Shown here: positions 37,386 to 49,769 of the stretch, piece after piece
Layout of the letters: each line of letters opens with the position of its first letter
Numbering within the stretch: position 1 is the first letter of the stretch
Source: Macrostomum hystrix
Lineage: Eukaryota; Animalia; Platyhelminthes
Direction: 5' to 3'
NCBI GenBank assembly: GCA_950097015.1
Contig: CATNEN010000007.1
Location: 248,001 to 312,000 of the forward strand
Length of the DNA stretch: 64,000 bases
Made by a program: the position numbers and the translations under genes
The notes under the pieces: model-generated
Told to the model about the DNA's origin: nothing
Seen by the model: the letters and a program-made list of their open reading frames with translations, nothing else
Databases searched by the model: none

Positions 37386-39518
37386 CCTGAATTTAACTTT
37401 CTCTTAACTGGATTACGCCTGAAATCGACACAACAATCATTTGCTGCTGCAATTGTTGGGCTTATGTTGTTTACGGGAATGTGAATATTCATGCTCTTTC
37501 CATCTACCATCAAATGATTATTTGTTGTGTAAATTTTTTCGATGTACCCTCGTACAAGTGGTCTTCAAAAGAGTATGTATAATCGTGTGTGTTCTGGCCT
37601 CGTTTGAAGCCATTTTGAACGAGCCTTTGTAGGATTTGCAGTTTATGGAATGTTTTGGGAATGTGCAGCGTTACAAAGTTTAAATTTTGTAATCAATATC
37701 CATATAATATTGTGTACTTGCACATCAAGTAGTTTCGTGTGCATCGGCATCGCTTTTTAATATGTTCCTGATCCTGTATCACAATATTCCGAAATGTAAT
37801 TCCTTTTTAGCTCTTACCATGTGCTATTTACTTAACTAGTGCTTGTTGTTCGTGTTATTTTAAGTCCACTAAAGAGGTCGAAGCCATTCTCTCTTATCAT
37901 ATTAATAGTTCTGTTATTTCTGTTGTCTTTTGAATTAAACAGCAAACGCTTAGCTGGCCAAATTAATGAAATAAAGTTTATTTCTACAATATTTTTACTC
38001 GTACTTACACTCGATTTAATATTACTACGAGCTACTGAATTATTAGCTGTGTTTTATTAAATAAAAAATCTTATCATGTCATGATGGTTCAGTAAAAGTT
38101 TTTGCAAAAAATCCTAATGAAATCCTAATTTCATTTTCCAAATGAAAAATTTCCTTCGATTTTTTGTTGATCAGACAAACATTCAGGGTCTACTGGAACT
38201 GGAAGTATACTAGAATTGTGGACAGCACGACACATTTAATATTCACTTTGATAACCAGCTAGAGATTGTAGTACAGTGCGTTTTGCTTGGACTAGCTACT
38301 TAGCTACTTAGCTTCTTTCCGTTTAGGAAATAATGTAAGATTTCCGTTAAGGAAAGAATGTTTCTTGTTATTTATGCTGTGGTTGAATCATGAGACGTAA
38401 GTCTGAGAAAGATCTTTGCTTAGTATATTTAAGTGTAGCTAGAACGATGGAGGGTACAGTACGGGGTGTCTATGGGAGGAGCGAATGCTGAGAGAAGTAC
38501 GAACGTAAAATTAAAGTGATATTACACTGCGGTGTGGAATTCTATGGGAATCAGAATGCTAAGTGAGGTGGAGTGCAGCATTGCGGGAACAAACAAATGT
38601 AGAATAAATCTGGGTGAGGAACTGAAAATTAAGACATAAATTATAAATATTATGGAGAGATGTTTATCTCGACAGCTTCGAACTCCAGGGGTCTGGAGTT
38701 CGTCCTCAGAGGACTCGTCTATGCGACCTACCGGTCGGTACGCGCCGTCTTCCAGCCCAAAGCGCTGTCATAGAACACCAAAACGCGGACACTGACTAAG
38801 CTAGAGTGGCAGCTGGACTTTAGGCTGCTCGGTGCGGCCTTCCAGGCTGACGATAGCGTCGGGAACGAGGCCCACCCCAGTTGCTTCAGCGCATGCGGGC
38901 GAAGTGATCTACTGCCCTCAGGCTGTTCAGGAAGTCTTGCTGCACACCTAGCAGGGTCCGCTCGCACTCGCACTTGGGCAATAATCATCCAGATCGACGA
39001 CATAGCGCTAGACATATTTCCAACAGGATGAACCATGCACACCTGGGACTGAAGCTTTTCTGGGGTTAGTCCAGCTACTCGTATCTACTAGAATAACAAA
39101 CTATTAAAGGTTTCTTTCCTAAAGACGATCAGTTTAAGCCATAACTGCTGTATCATAATTATCATTATTAGAATAAAGTAAACGAGATCATAAAGCAGCG
39201 CTTACTGATTCTGGATAGTTAAGATGGCGCCTTAACAATGTCACAGTTTTAAAAAGTTTTCTTATATTTTATTATATTTTATTTTATTTATTATCTGTCT
39301 AAAACAATAAACACGCTAACTAGCTGACTTATTTAGTAGGTTTGAATCGATCACGCACATATGCCGATACCTTGGGCTCTAGTGCAGCAGTAATGAAAGT
39401 AAAAATAGGAATTATTATTTAGACTGCCTGATGACACTCCAAAGCCAAGTGATAAAGTCCTTCTATGCGTATTCGAACCCCAGACCTACTCTAGTTAACC
39501 TAGTTGGTTGAAAACAAA

Positions 39519-41122
39519 TCAAGCTGTCCTTTGGTCATCGATAATGTTGGCGCAGACATCCACCACCGACTTGTAGCTCCGGATGCTGCCCTCGGCGAGC
39601 GGCTGTCCAACGTCTGTCACCTGCCAGCCCCCTCTGCGACTCGGCCGACTGAGTAGACAGACAACCAGGCCTTTGGCGCGCGGGTGCAGATTGGTGCTGC
39701 ACAATGGCTCATGTGGATTCCGCTGGTCGAATACCTTGATGGGTTGAAATATTAGGGCGATTGTGTTGGACATAGCAAGTGATGAGTACAAAGTAGGCAA
39801 GGCAAAATACTACTTAACTATCGATTACATCGAATTACAATACAAATTACTCGTATAGCCAGACATAAATCATCCGATCACTAGCGAGATCCCAACAATA
39901 CATCCCATCTAATCACAAGCGAGATCCCAACAATACATCCCATCCAATCACGAGCGAGAACCCAACAATACATCCCATCCAATCACGAGCGAGAACCCAA
40001 TAATACATTCCATCCAATCACGAGCGAGATCCCGAAAATTCGTTAATTCAATTAAATCAATCAATAAACAAAAACTGACCTGCAGTTGAGGGTTGCGAAA
40101 TCTGGCAATATCGGTGTCGCGAAACGTGAAGATAACAAAGAACAGGTGAGTCACCGGCACCAAGGGTCCTCTAGGTCCTCTAATTTTGCCAGCCGGGGCT
40201 TTCAACCCGTCCAGCTTCTGCGGCCACACGGTGAAGGACGACTCCGAGGTCCTTGTAGACATTGACTTCCTAGCATCTCCGTCGTGCCTGACAACCTCGT
40301 CGTAGATGCGGCTGATGGCGGCTCCGATCTCGTGGCGGCCCTGCTGACGCTGGGTGCGGAAGTCGATGCAGTGCAGAAACTGCGGCGGCCCGACTCCGCC
40401 AGCGTGGAAGGTGAAGCAGGCCGTGTCCAGGTAGTCGGTGTGGTCCTTGCCACCTGGCCAGCCCCAGGACATGCACATGCGCACCTCGGTGAGATCCGGA
40501 GTCAGCTCCTGCAGCACGAACAGCACCTGCACCCGGCAACCGTTGCTAAGGCCTGCCGATTGAAGACGCTGGCTGTCCTGGAGCATTCAAGAAATTTGGC
40601 TTCACTCACAACTGAGAGTTAGCCCTCCTATTCACATTGCTAGTCAATTGTGGGGTTCTACCATAGACAGGAACACTGTAGATTGGTTATTACACTATTT
40701 ATAAAATAAAGAAATGCTAATGCTGGCACTCAATTCTCAATGCTGCTAGTGAACTGAAGCGACGGCAAATCAAGTGTCTTGCTCAATGGTACAATTGTTT
40801 TTTATTCGAGCTCCGGACCTCCGGTTGAGAAATCGAAAGCTCAAACCACTGGACTAAAACTCACCACCAGCTCCTCGCCATTGAAGAGCAGTTTAATCTT
40901 ATTCCTGCTGTGATCTTTCCAGTGCTGCAGGACCTGATCCTTCAGCTTGTCCACTGTGTCTGAACAGACCAACTCAACGCTGACAGTCTCACCCAGCAAG
41001 GTGGTGAGGTTCAACTTCACCTTTCCGTTGGAAGCTGTGGAAAGACGAAGTGAAAATATTGAAGCCTCAGGTGTTAATGGTTTGAGCAGTTGCTAACAGA
41101 TGATAAAGAGTTTCGGCCTCAC

Positions 41123-41153
<31 letters not shown>

Positions 41154-43019
41154 GCTAGCCTTCTCACGCTCCGAGTAGTCAAAGGTGAGCTGCTTCAGTT
41201 TGGCCTTGCATTCCCACAGACCCACACAGGTGGCTGGATCTATCATGATGCTGCAGTCAGTAACCGGACATTTGTAATTGTTCTCAACTTCTCTGATGAC
41301 ACACTGCAGACCAGGAGTGATATACAATTGTAAGGTAACAGTGATTTGCTCACTTTCTACAACTGCATTTGCACAACTTAGGTATCAACTGAACCTTCTG
41401 CACTTCAATGGGCTAACCCTGACTTTAACAGACTAACCCAGAAAATGCAGTTGGCAGTTGCAAAACCACAGAATACACCAGAATGCTAAATCAAGCTCCC
41501 TGCGAAATTTTTTTAGGCAAAAACTATTCGCTAGCTACGCTACTTCTAAGGTGAAGTGATTTGTGAGTAGTGCTGTCTGTTTTACATCAACCCGAGTGTA
41601 TTGAGATCGATTTTGCCATAGACGATGTTTTTCGCTTGTCCTCCCGTCCATCTATCTTATCTATTTGATGCCTAGTGTGTAATAACTCAGTTTAGTTGCC
41701 TGTGAGTATCATGGTCTCAGCTTTCACAAAGGTTGGCAGTTCAGTTTGAGATCACTAAAGGCTGTGTCTATGCAAATGCTTTCCAGTGGAGACTGCAAAT
41801 CCGTGTTGTCCAGAAATCTTACTCAAGGTCACGTTGAAAATGGCTTTGCGTGCATCCGACGACGAGGCGGCTTCAATGACTGTCCTGAGTACAAAGAAGC
41901 TGCTGCGGCATTCCGCTCACTGGCTGTCAACCAGTTACTTGGCTGCCCATCGTTTGCTAACAACTGCAAACCCGACAGTTCAGTTCCCATGTTAACCGAT
42001 CTCATTCAGCCAATCACCGATGAAATCAAAGCGGATTGTGAGAAGTTCCCTATCAGTTCCGTTGACGAGAATGCGTGTCTGGCATTGACACAAGCCTGTC
42101 TAGGAATATTTGGAGAAAAGTGTGCCTCTGTTGGAGGTTGGATGCTTCATTGCTTGTTGCGGTTGCGCACCGGACTGCAAAATTGGTCTTCTGATTCGCG
42201 ATGGTTGCAATGAGGGCATGCGTTTACTGGAAAAGAATATGCGAAACACTGAAGATGGCGGTCTGCACGTACCAAGTGAAGCGGTCTTGAAATCAGTGCC
42301 AACGATGGAGATGGTTTTCGACCAGATTTGCAATGTGCAGGACTCGATTAGTGTATGGAAGGGAATCGATATCAGTGCCCGAGTCCAGCCTGCAGCACAA
42401 ACAGCTGCTACAACTGAGCTACATCTACACAACAGAGAGCACACAAAGGAATGGCTTTCATCTCTCATCTTTGAGCACACGCCTGCGTTTACATCACTGG
42501 TGCAAAGCTCAACAGATATTACTTCGAGCTGCCAGGAAGCGCCGAGCTCACAGTACGAGTACAGATTCAGCAGAACAACGAAAGCTGCGACGCCTGTCAT
42601 CCGCTAAAGTATAGGATGCCTGTTGTTTGAGGCTTAAACTGCTGCTCATACTGCTGCTTTAAAAACGGTTCTAGTTTTCAATTTTCGCTACAGCTGCAAA
42701 TATACAATCGGGACCTTCTGTCCATAAAAATGTGACTACTTCTCAAATTTCAGTACTGCTTATCACTTCTTCACCTCAGATACACCATGCATCATTGGCT
42801 ACCAGGAGTAGTGTCTATGGTTTTATATTCGGCTTTTGATTTGGAAGCTGATTGAGCATTCTGGTGTATTCTGTGTGCAAAAGCTAAAAGTTTGGCTTCA
42901 AAAGAGTCGGAACTCACACGGAGGCAAACGAGCAGGTGGTGATGTTCGCAAGCCTCATCGAGCGGATTAGACGGGTACTCTGAGGTGAGCTTCTTCTTGT
43001 GGCACAATTTACACTCCAT
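39519..43019 (-). CDS. RING (C3HC4) - ubiquitin-like - TerD-like protein, copy 1
   Basis: Exons 43019-42918, 41303-41123, 41034-40865, 40577-40080, 39734-39519; phases 0/1/0/0. RING is CKLC...CEH...VCLRC...KCPVTDC; UBL is KVKLNLTTLLGETVSVELVCSDTVDKLKDQV...KLLFNGEELVDSQRLQSAGL; TerD-like is MSWGWP..DYLDTACF..RHDGD..VTHLFFVIF..VVCLLSR..WQVTDVG. The last acceptor is a less common AAG. Confidence 0.8.
39885..40035. repeat. 35-bp minisatellite in the last intron of copy 1
   Basis: Unit gcgagatcccaacaatacatcccatccaatcacga, about 4 copies. Confidence 0.85.
41467..42875 (+). mobile_element. P-element/THAP9-like transposon remnant
   Basis: Perfect 21-bp TIR cacagaatacaccagaatgct; TSD tgcaaaac / tgcaaaag. 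Frameshifted transposase C-terminus: LTQGHVENGFACIRRRGGFNDCP, GGLHVPS, RLRLHHWCK. Absent from the paralogous intron near 49557-49580. Confidence 0.9.
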
Positions 43020-43049
43020 GCTGATGAGAACAGCTGGAAAAGTACAGTG

Positions 43050-44300
43050 AGAGATTCTTGGCTGCAATTTTTTTCAGATTCTTGGCTACCAAGGGGTGAG
43101 ATTCTTGGCTACCAAGGGGGTGAGATTCTTGGCTACCAAGGGTGAGATTCTTGGCTACCAAGGGGGTGAGATTCTTGGCTACGAAAGGTAAGATTCTTGG
43201 CTACCAAGGGGGTGAGATTCTTGTCTACCAAGGGGGTGAGATTCTTGGCTACCAAGGGTGAGATTCTTGGCTACCAAGGGGGTGAGATTCTTGGCTACGA
43301 AAGGTAAGATTCTTGGCTACCAAGGGGGTGAGATTCTTGGCTACCAAGGGGGTGAGATTCTTGGCTACCAAGGGGGTGAGATTCTTGGCTACCAAGGGGG
43401 TGAGATTCTTGGCTACCAAGGGTGAGATTCTTGGCTACCAAGGGGGTGAGATTCTTGGCTACGAAAGGTGAGATTCTTGGCTACCAAGGGTGAGATTCTT
43501 GGCTACCAAAGGTGAGATTCTTGGCTACCAAGGGGGTGAGATTCTTGGCTACCAAGGGGGTGAGATTCTTGGCTACGAAAGGTAAGATTCTTGGCTACCA
43601 AGGGGGTGAGATTCTTGGCTACCAAGGGGGTGAGATTCTTGGCTACGAAAGGTAAGATTCTTGGCTACCAAGGGGGTGAGATTCTTGGCTACCAAGGGGG
43701 TGAGATTCTTGGCTACGAAAGGTAAGATTCTTGGCTACCAAGGGGGTGAGATTCTTGGCTACCAAGGGGGTGAGATTCTTGGCTACGAAAGGTAAGATTC
43801 TTGGCTACCAAGGGGGTGAGATTCTTGGCTACCAAGGGGGTGAGATTCTTGGCTACGAAAGGTAAGATTCTTGGCTACCAAGGGGGTGAGATTCTTGGCT
43901 ACCAAGGGGGTGAGATTCTTGGCTACCAAGGGTGAGATTCTTGGCTACCAAGGGTGAGATTCTTGGCTACCAAGGGTGAGATTCTTGGCTACGAAAGGTG
44001 AGATTCTTGGCTACCAAGGGTGAGATTCTTGGCTACCAAGGGGGTAAGATTCTTGGCTAACAAGGTTGAGATTCTTGGCTACCAAGGGTGAGATTCTTGG
44101 CTACCAAGGGTGAGATTCTTGGCTACCAAGGGGGAGAGATTCTTGGCTACCAAGGGTGAGATTCTTGGCTACCAAGGGTGAGATTCTTGGCTACCAAGGG
44201 TGAGATTCTTGGCTACCAAGGGTGAGATTCTTGGCTACCAAGGGGGTGAGATTCTTGGCTACCAATGGGGTGAGATTCTTGGCTACGAAAGGTGAGATTG
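43050..44300. repeat. 21-23-bp minisatellite upstream of RING-UBL-TerD copy 1
   Basis: Unit ggtgagattcttggctaccaa(gg)g with variant ctacgaaaggtaag. Confidence 0.95.
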
Positions 44301-44717
44301 TAGAGGAAAAAAAGAGTGTCGTAATTCAATAATATTAAATATTTTAGTTTATTTGCAAATTATCAAAATTCATTTAATTCTGTAATATCGTAATCCTGTG
44401 TTGAAACGAATCCATGGCGAAACAATAAAGTTGATTTTAGAGCAGGAATCATTGAAGTCATCATCTTATTGACATCTATTGACAGTCGAGAAAGAAATTG
44501 AAATGATATACATCTAGCTTGTAAGCAAAACACCGGTAATCAAGAATCCATGAAGATAACTGAAAATGTTTTATCAATAACAAGAGTATAAATAATAAAT
44601 CCTAGGGTGACAAACGTTTAAATGTCAAATTATTATTCTGAGCAAGACAAGTTGGTTTGGGATCAAATTAAATATGCGCTAATATGTGAATAATTAACAA
44701 AAACCTACGACGTCGAA

Positions 44718-46615
44718 AAAGTAACTAGTCTATCATCAGAAATGGCAACTAGTCTATCATCAGAAATGGCAACTAGTCTATCATCAGAAATGGCAACTAG
44801 TCTATCATCAGAAATGGCAACTAGTCTATCATCAGAAATGGCAACTAGTCTATCATCAGAAATGGCAACTAGTCTATCATCAGACATGGCAACTAGTCTA
44901 TCATCAGAAATGGCAACTAGTCTATCATCAGAAATGGCAACTAGTCTATCATCAGAAATGGCAACTAGTCTATCATCAGACATGGCAACTAGTCTATCAT
45001 CAGAAATGGCAACTAGTCTATCATCAGAAATGGCAACTAGTCTATCATCAGAAATGGCAACTAGTCTATCATCAGAAATGGCAACTAGTCTATCATCAGA
45101 CATGGCAACTAGTCTATCATCAGAAATGGCAACTAGTCTATCATCAGAAATGGCAACTAGTCTATCATCAGAAATGGCAACTAGTCTATCATCAGACATG
45201 GCAACTAGTCTATCATCAGAAATGGCAACTAGTCTATCATCAGAAATGGCAACTAGTCTATCATCAGACATGGCAACTAGTCTATCATCAGAAATGGCAA
45301 CTAGTCTATCATCAGACATGGCAACTAGTCTATCATCAGAAATGGCAACTAGTCTATCATCAGAAATGGCAACTAGTCTATCATCAGAAATGGCAACTAG
45401 TCTATCATCAGAAATGGCAACTAGTCTATCATCAGAAATGGCAACTAGTCTATCATCAGAAATGGCAACTAGTCTATCATCAGACATGGCAACTAGTCTA
45501 TCATCAGAAATGGCAACTAGTCTATCATCAGAAATGGCAACTAGTCTATCATCAGAAATGGCAACTAGTCTATCATCAGAAATGGCAACTAGTCTATCAT
45601 CAGACATGGCAACTAGTCTATCATCAGAAATGGCAACTAGTCTATCATCAGACATGGCAACTAGTCTATCATCAGAAATGGCAACTAGTCTATCATCAGA
45701 AATGGCAACTAGTCTATCATCAGACATGGCAACTAGTCTATCATCAGAAATGGCAACTAGTCTATCATCAGACATGGCAACTAGTCTATCATCAGAAATG
45801 GCAACTAGTCTATCATCAGAAATGGCAACTAGTCTATCATCAGACATGGCAACTAGTCTATCATCAGAAATGGCAACTAGTCTATCATCAGAAATGGCAA
45901 CTAGTCTATCATCAGAAATGGCAACTAGTCTATCATCAGAAATGGCAACTAGTCTATCATCAGAAATGGCAACTAGTCTATCATCAGACATGGCAACTAG
46001 TCTATCATCAGAAATGGCAACTAGTCTATCATCAGAAATGGCAACTAGTCTATCATCAGACATGGCAACTAGTCTATCATCAGAAATGGCAACTAGTCTA
46101 TCATCAGAAATGGCAACTAGTCTATCATCAGAAATGGCAACTAGTCTATCATCAGACATGGCAACTAGTCTATCATCAGAAATGGCAACTAGTCTATCAT
46201 CAGAAATGGCAACTAGTCTATCATCAGACATGGCAACTAGTCTATCATCAGAAATGGCAACTAGTCTATCATCAGAAATGGCAACTAGTCTATCATCAGA
46301 AATGGCAACTAGTCTATCATCAGAAATGGCAACTAGTCTATCATCAGACATGGCAACTAGTCTATCATCAGAAATGGCAACTAGTCTATCAACAGAAATG
46401 GCAACTAGTCTATCATCAGAAATGGCAACTAGTCTATCACCAGAAATGGCAACTAGTCTATCATCAGAAATGGCAACTAGTCTATCATCAGAAATGGCAA
46501 CTAGTCTATCATCAGAAATGGCAACTAGTCTATCATCAGAAATGGCAACTAGTCTATCATCAGAAATGGCAACTAGTCTATCATCAGAAATGGCAACTAG
46601 TCTATCATCAGAAAC
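44718..46615. repeat. 24-bp minisatellite
   Basis: Unit aactagtctatcatcaga(a/c)atggc, about 79 copies. Confidence 0.97.
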
Positions 46616-46699
46616 GGCTGCTATTTAACACTAAGAGTAGGAGATTGTAAAAAATAACAGGCCACACACAGGCGCTGCTATATGAAGGTACATGTCAGT

Positions 46700-48685
46700 T
46701 CAAGAACGCCTAGCAACGTCGATAATGTTGCGGCAAATCTGCACCACCGATGCGTAGTTGCGAATGCTGCCAGTTGCCAGCGGCTTGCCGACGTCAGTGA
46801 CCTGCCAGGTGTCGCGCCTACCCGGCCGGCTCAGCAGGCAGACAATGAGACCCTTGGCTTGCGAATGCAGGGCGGTGCTGCAGAGCGGAGTTTGCGGGTC
46901 CCGCTGGTCAAATACCTGCATTGGAACGGCATTAGCGATTGCGCAATCTATAAGCACAAGGAAATAGAATGCCGATATGCGACCAAAAGGGCCGAAATGG
47001 CGTGCAAATAAATAGCTATAAATAAAGCAGATTTTATTTATCGCGAGACTATGGAGTGGAATTCGAGGACATTGGAGCCGATTTCATAAATCATGGAGCC
47101 GATTTCATAAATCATGGAGCCGGTTTCATAAATCATGGAGCCGATTTCATAAATCATGGAGCCGATTTCATAAATCATGGAGCCGATTTCATAAATCATG
47201 GAGCCGATTTCATAAATCATGGAGCGGATAGTATACATAATGGAACGAATTCGATATGTTATGGAGCAGATATGATATGTCATGGAGCAGATATGATATG
47301 TCATGGAGCAGATATGATATGTCATGGAGCAGATATGATATGTCATGGAGCAGATATGATTTTTTATGGAGCAGATATGATATGTCACGGAGCAGATATG
47401 ATATGTCACGGAGCAGATATGATATGTCATGGAGCAGATATGATATGGTATGATGTAGATTCAATTTATTACTCGGTGGACTTGAGCTCCAATGAAGTAC
47501 TCGTATTTAAAAAAAATAATTGAAAAGTTTTGTGACTTTTGTGACGATAAGAATTTTTGGCATTACAGATTTTAAAGCCCATGGGAACACGCACTGGGAT
47601 AGATAAATTATTTCAGAGAAACTATGAGACTAAACAAACTCACGTGCAGCTGTGGCTTTTTAAATATAGCAATATTTGTGTCCCGATAAGTGAAGACAAC
47701 AAAGAATAGGTGGGTGACCGGCAGCATACAGCCAGGTGTTTCTTCTCTTCGGCGAGCCGGAGCCGCCCGCAAACTGCCCAGATTCTGCGGCCACACGGTG
47801 AAGGACGACTCCGAGGTTCTGGTTGCCGCGCACTTTCTAGCGCCGCCGTCGTGCCTCACAACATTTTTATAGGTCTGGCAGATCTCGGCGCTGATGGCAT
47901 TTTGGCGTTGGCTGCTGCGGAAGTCGATGCAGTGCAGAAACTCCACACCACCAGTCTGGTCGGCGTGGAAGGTGAAGCAGGCCGTGTCCAGGTAGTCGGT
48001 GTGGTCCTTGCCACCTGGCCAGCCCCAGGACATGCACATGCGCACCTCGGTGAGATCCGGAGTCAGCTCCTGCAGCACGAACAGCACCTGCACCCGGCAA
48101 CCGTTGCTAAGGCCCGCCGATTGAAGACGCTGGCTGTCCTGGAGCATTCAAGAAATTTGGCTTCACTCACAACTGAGAGTTAGCCCTCCTATTCACATTG
48201 CTAGTCAATTGTGGGGTTCTACCATAGACAGGAACACTGTAGATTGGTTATTACACTATTTATAAAATAAAGAAATGCTAATGCTGGCACTCAATTCTCA
48301 ATGCTGCTAGTGAACTGAAGCGACGGCAAATCAAGTGTTTTGCTCAATGGTACAATTGTTTTTGATTCGAGCTCCGGACCTCCGGTTGAGAAATCGAAAG
48401 CTCAAACCACACTGGACTAAAACTCACCACCAGCTCCTCGCCATTGAAGAGCAGTTTAATCTTATTCCTGCTGTGATCTTTCCAGTGCAGCAGCACCTGA
48501 TCCTTCAGCTTGTCCACTGTGTCTGAACAGACCAACTCAACGCTGACAGTCTCACCCAGCAAGGTGGTGAGGTTCACCTTCACCTTTCCGTTGGAAGCTG
48601 TGGAAAGACGAAGTGAAAATATTGAAGCCTCAGGTGTTAATGGTTTGAGCAGTTGCTAACAGATGATAAAGAGTTTCGGCCTCAC

Positions 48686-48716
<31 letters not shown>

Positions 48717-49698
48717 GTTAGCCTTCTCACGATCCGAGTAGTCAAAGGTGAGCTGCTTCAGTTTGGCCTTGCATTCCCACAGACCCACACAGGTGGCTGG
48801 ATCTATCATGATGCTGCAGTCAGTAACCGGACATTTGTAATTGTTCTCAACTTCTCTGATGACACACTGCAGACCAGGAGTGGTATACAATTGTAAGGTA
48901 ACAGTGATTTGCTCACTTTCTACAACTGCATTTGCACAACTTAGGTATCAACTGAACCTTCTGCACTTCAGTTGGCGAACTCTTTGTTCTATAGTGCGCT
49001 AACTCTCTGTACATCAGTGGGCTAACTCTCTGTACATCAGTGGGCTAACTCTCTGTACATCAGTGGGCTAACTCTCTGTACATCAGTGGCCTAACCCTGA
49101 AACTTTAGTGGCGAACACTGAAAGGCTGAAACTTAAACGGACTAACCCTAAAAATGAAAGGCGGTCTGTGGCAGAGCGGTTATCGCGTTTGCCTCTCGCA
49201 CCAAGGTCCCTAAGTTCGATTCCACGGCGAGGCCACATTTATTTGGGGCGCAGCCGCGGAGAGAAGGCTTGAGGGCTTGTCGTGCAATTTACGCCCTTGT
49301 GGACCAACCTCCAAGGCACAGTGAAATTTACACTGCGTGACGATGAGAAAGTCAGGGCAGATGTACACACCTGTGTGAGCGTATGCCTGCGTACAGTATC
49401 TGTGTGCATGTGTGTTCAGGAGTCAGCGAAATGGGCAGAATTGCCTCCTCGCTGGCTGCGGGTCTAGAGTCACTAAATGATGTGCCATTGCCCGCAGCCT
49501 CCTGCAATTATTAATTATTATTGTTATTAATAACCCTAAAAATGCAGTTCGCAGTTGCAAAACCTATAACTTTGGCTTCAAAGAGTCGGAACTCACACGG
49601 AGGCAAACGAGCAGGTGGTGATGTTCGCAAGCCTCAACGAGCGGATTAGACGGGTACTCTGAGGTGAGCTTCTTCTTGTGGCACAATTTACACTCCAT
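46700..49698 (-). CDS. RING (C3HC4) - ubiquitin-like - TerD-like protein, copy 2
   Basis: Exons 49698-49597, 48866-48686, 48597-48428, 48138-47644, 46915-46700. Same intron positions and phases as copy 1, all canonical GT-AG. Confidence 0.82.
47062..47450. repeat. Two related 21-bp minisatellites in the last intron of copy 2
   Basis: atcatggagccgatttcataa repeats followed by gatatgtcatggagcagatat repeats. Confidence 0.9.
48995..49095. repeat. 23-bp short tandem array
   Basis: gggctaactctctgtacatcagt, about 4 copies; absent from the paralogous intron of copy 1. Confidence 0.85.
49157..49530 (+). mobile_element. tRNA-derived SINE, copy 3
   Basis: Perfect 14-bp TSD taaccctaaaaatg at 49143-49156 and 49531-49544; A and B boxes; TTA-rich tail. 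Confidence 0.9.
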
Positions 49699-49769
49699 GT
49701 TGATGAGAACAGCTGGAAAAATACAGTGAGAGATTCTTTAATAAAGGAGTGAAATCCTTGGACACCGTG

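Noticed and set aside
38690-39070. GC-rich patch with a gaactccag/ctggagttc hairpin and a 104-aa ORF
   Set aside because: No recognisable motif or splice partners; probably a repeat fragment.
39519-40577. Bacterial contamination as the source of TerD-like sequence
   Set aside because: The domain is interrupted by a GT-AG intron at the same position in both copies and is spliced to RING and UBL exons.
44705-46628. 548-aa and 628-aa ORFs (SDDRLVAI and MATSLSSE repeats)
   Set aside because: Translations of a 24-bp minisatellite that is stop-free by chance; no splice context or unique coding flanks.
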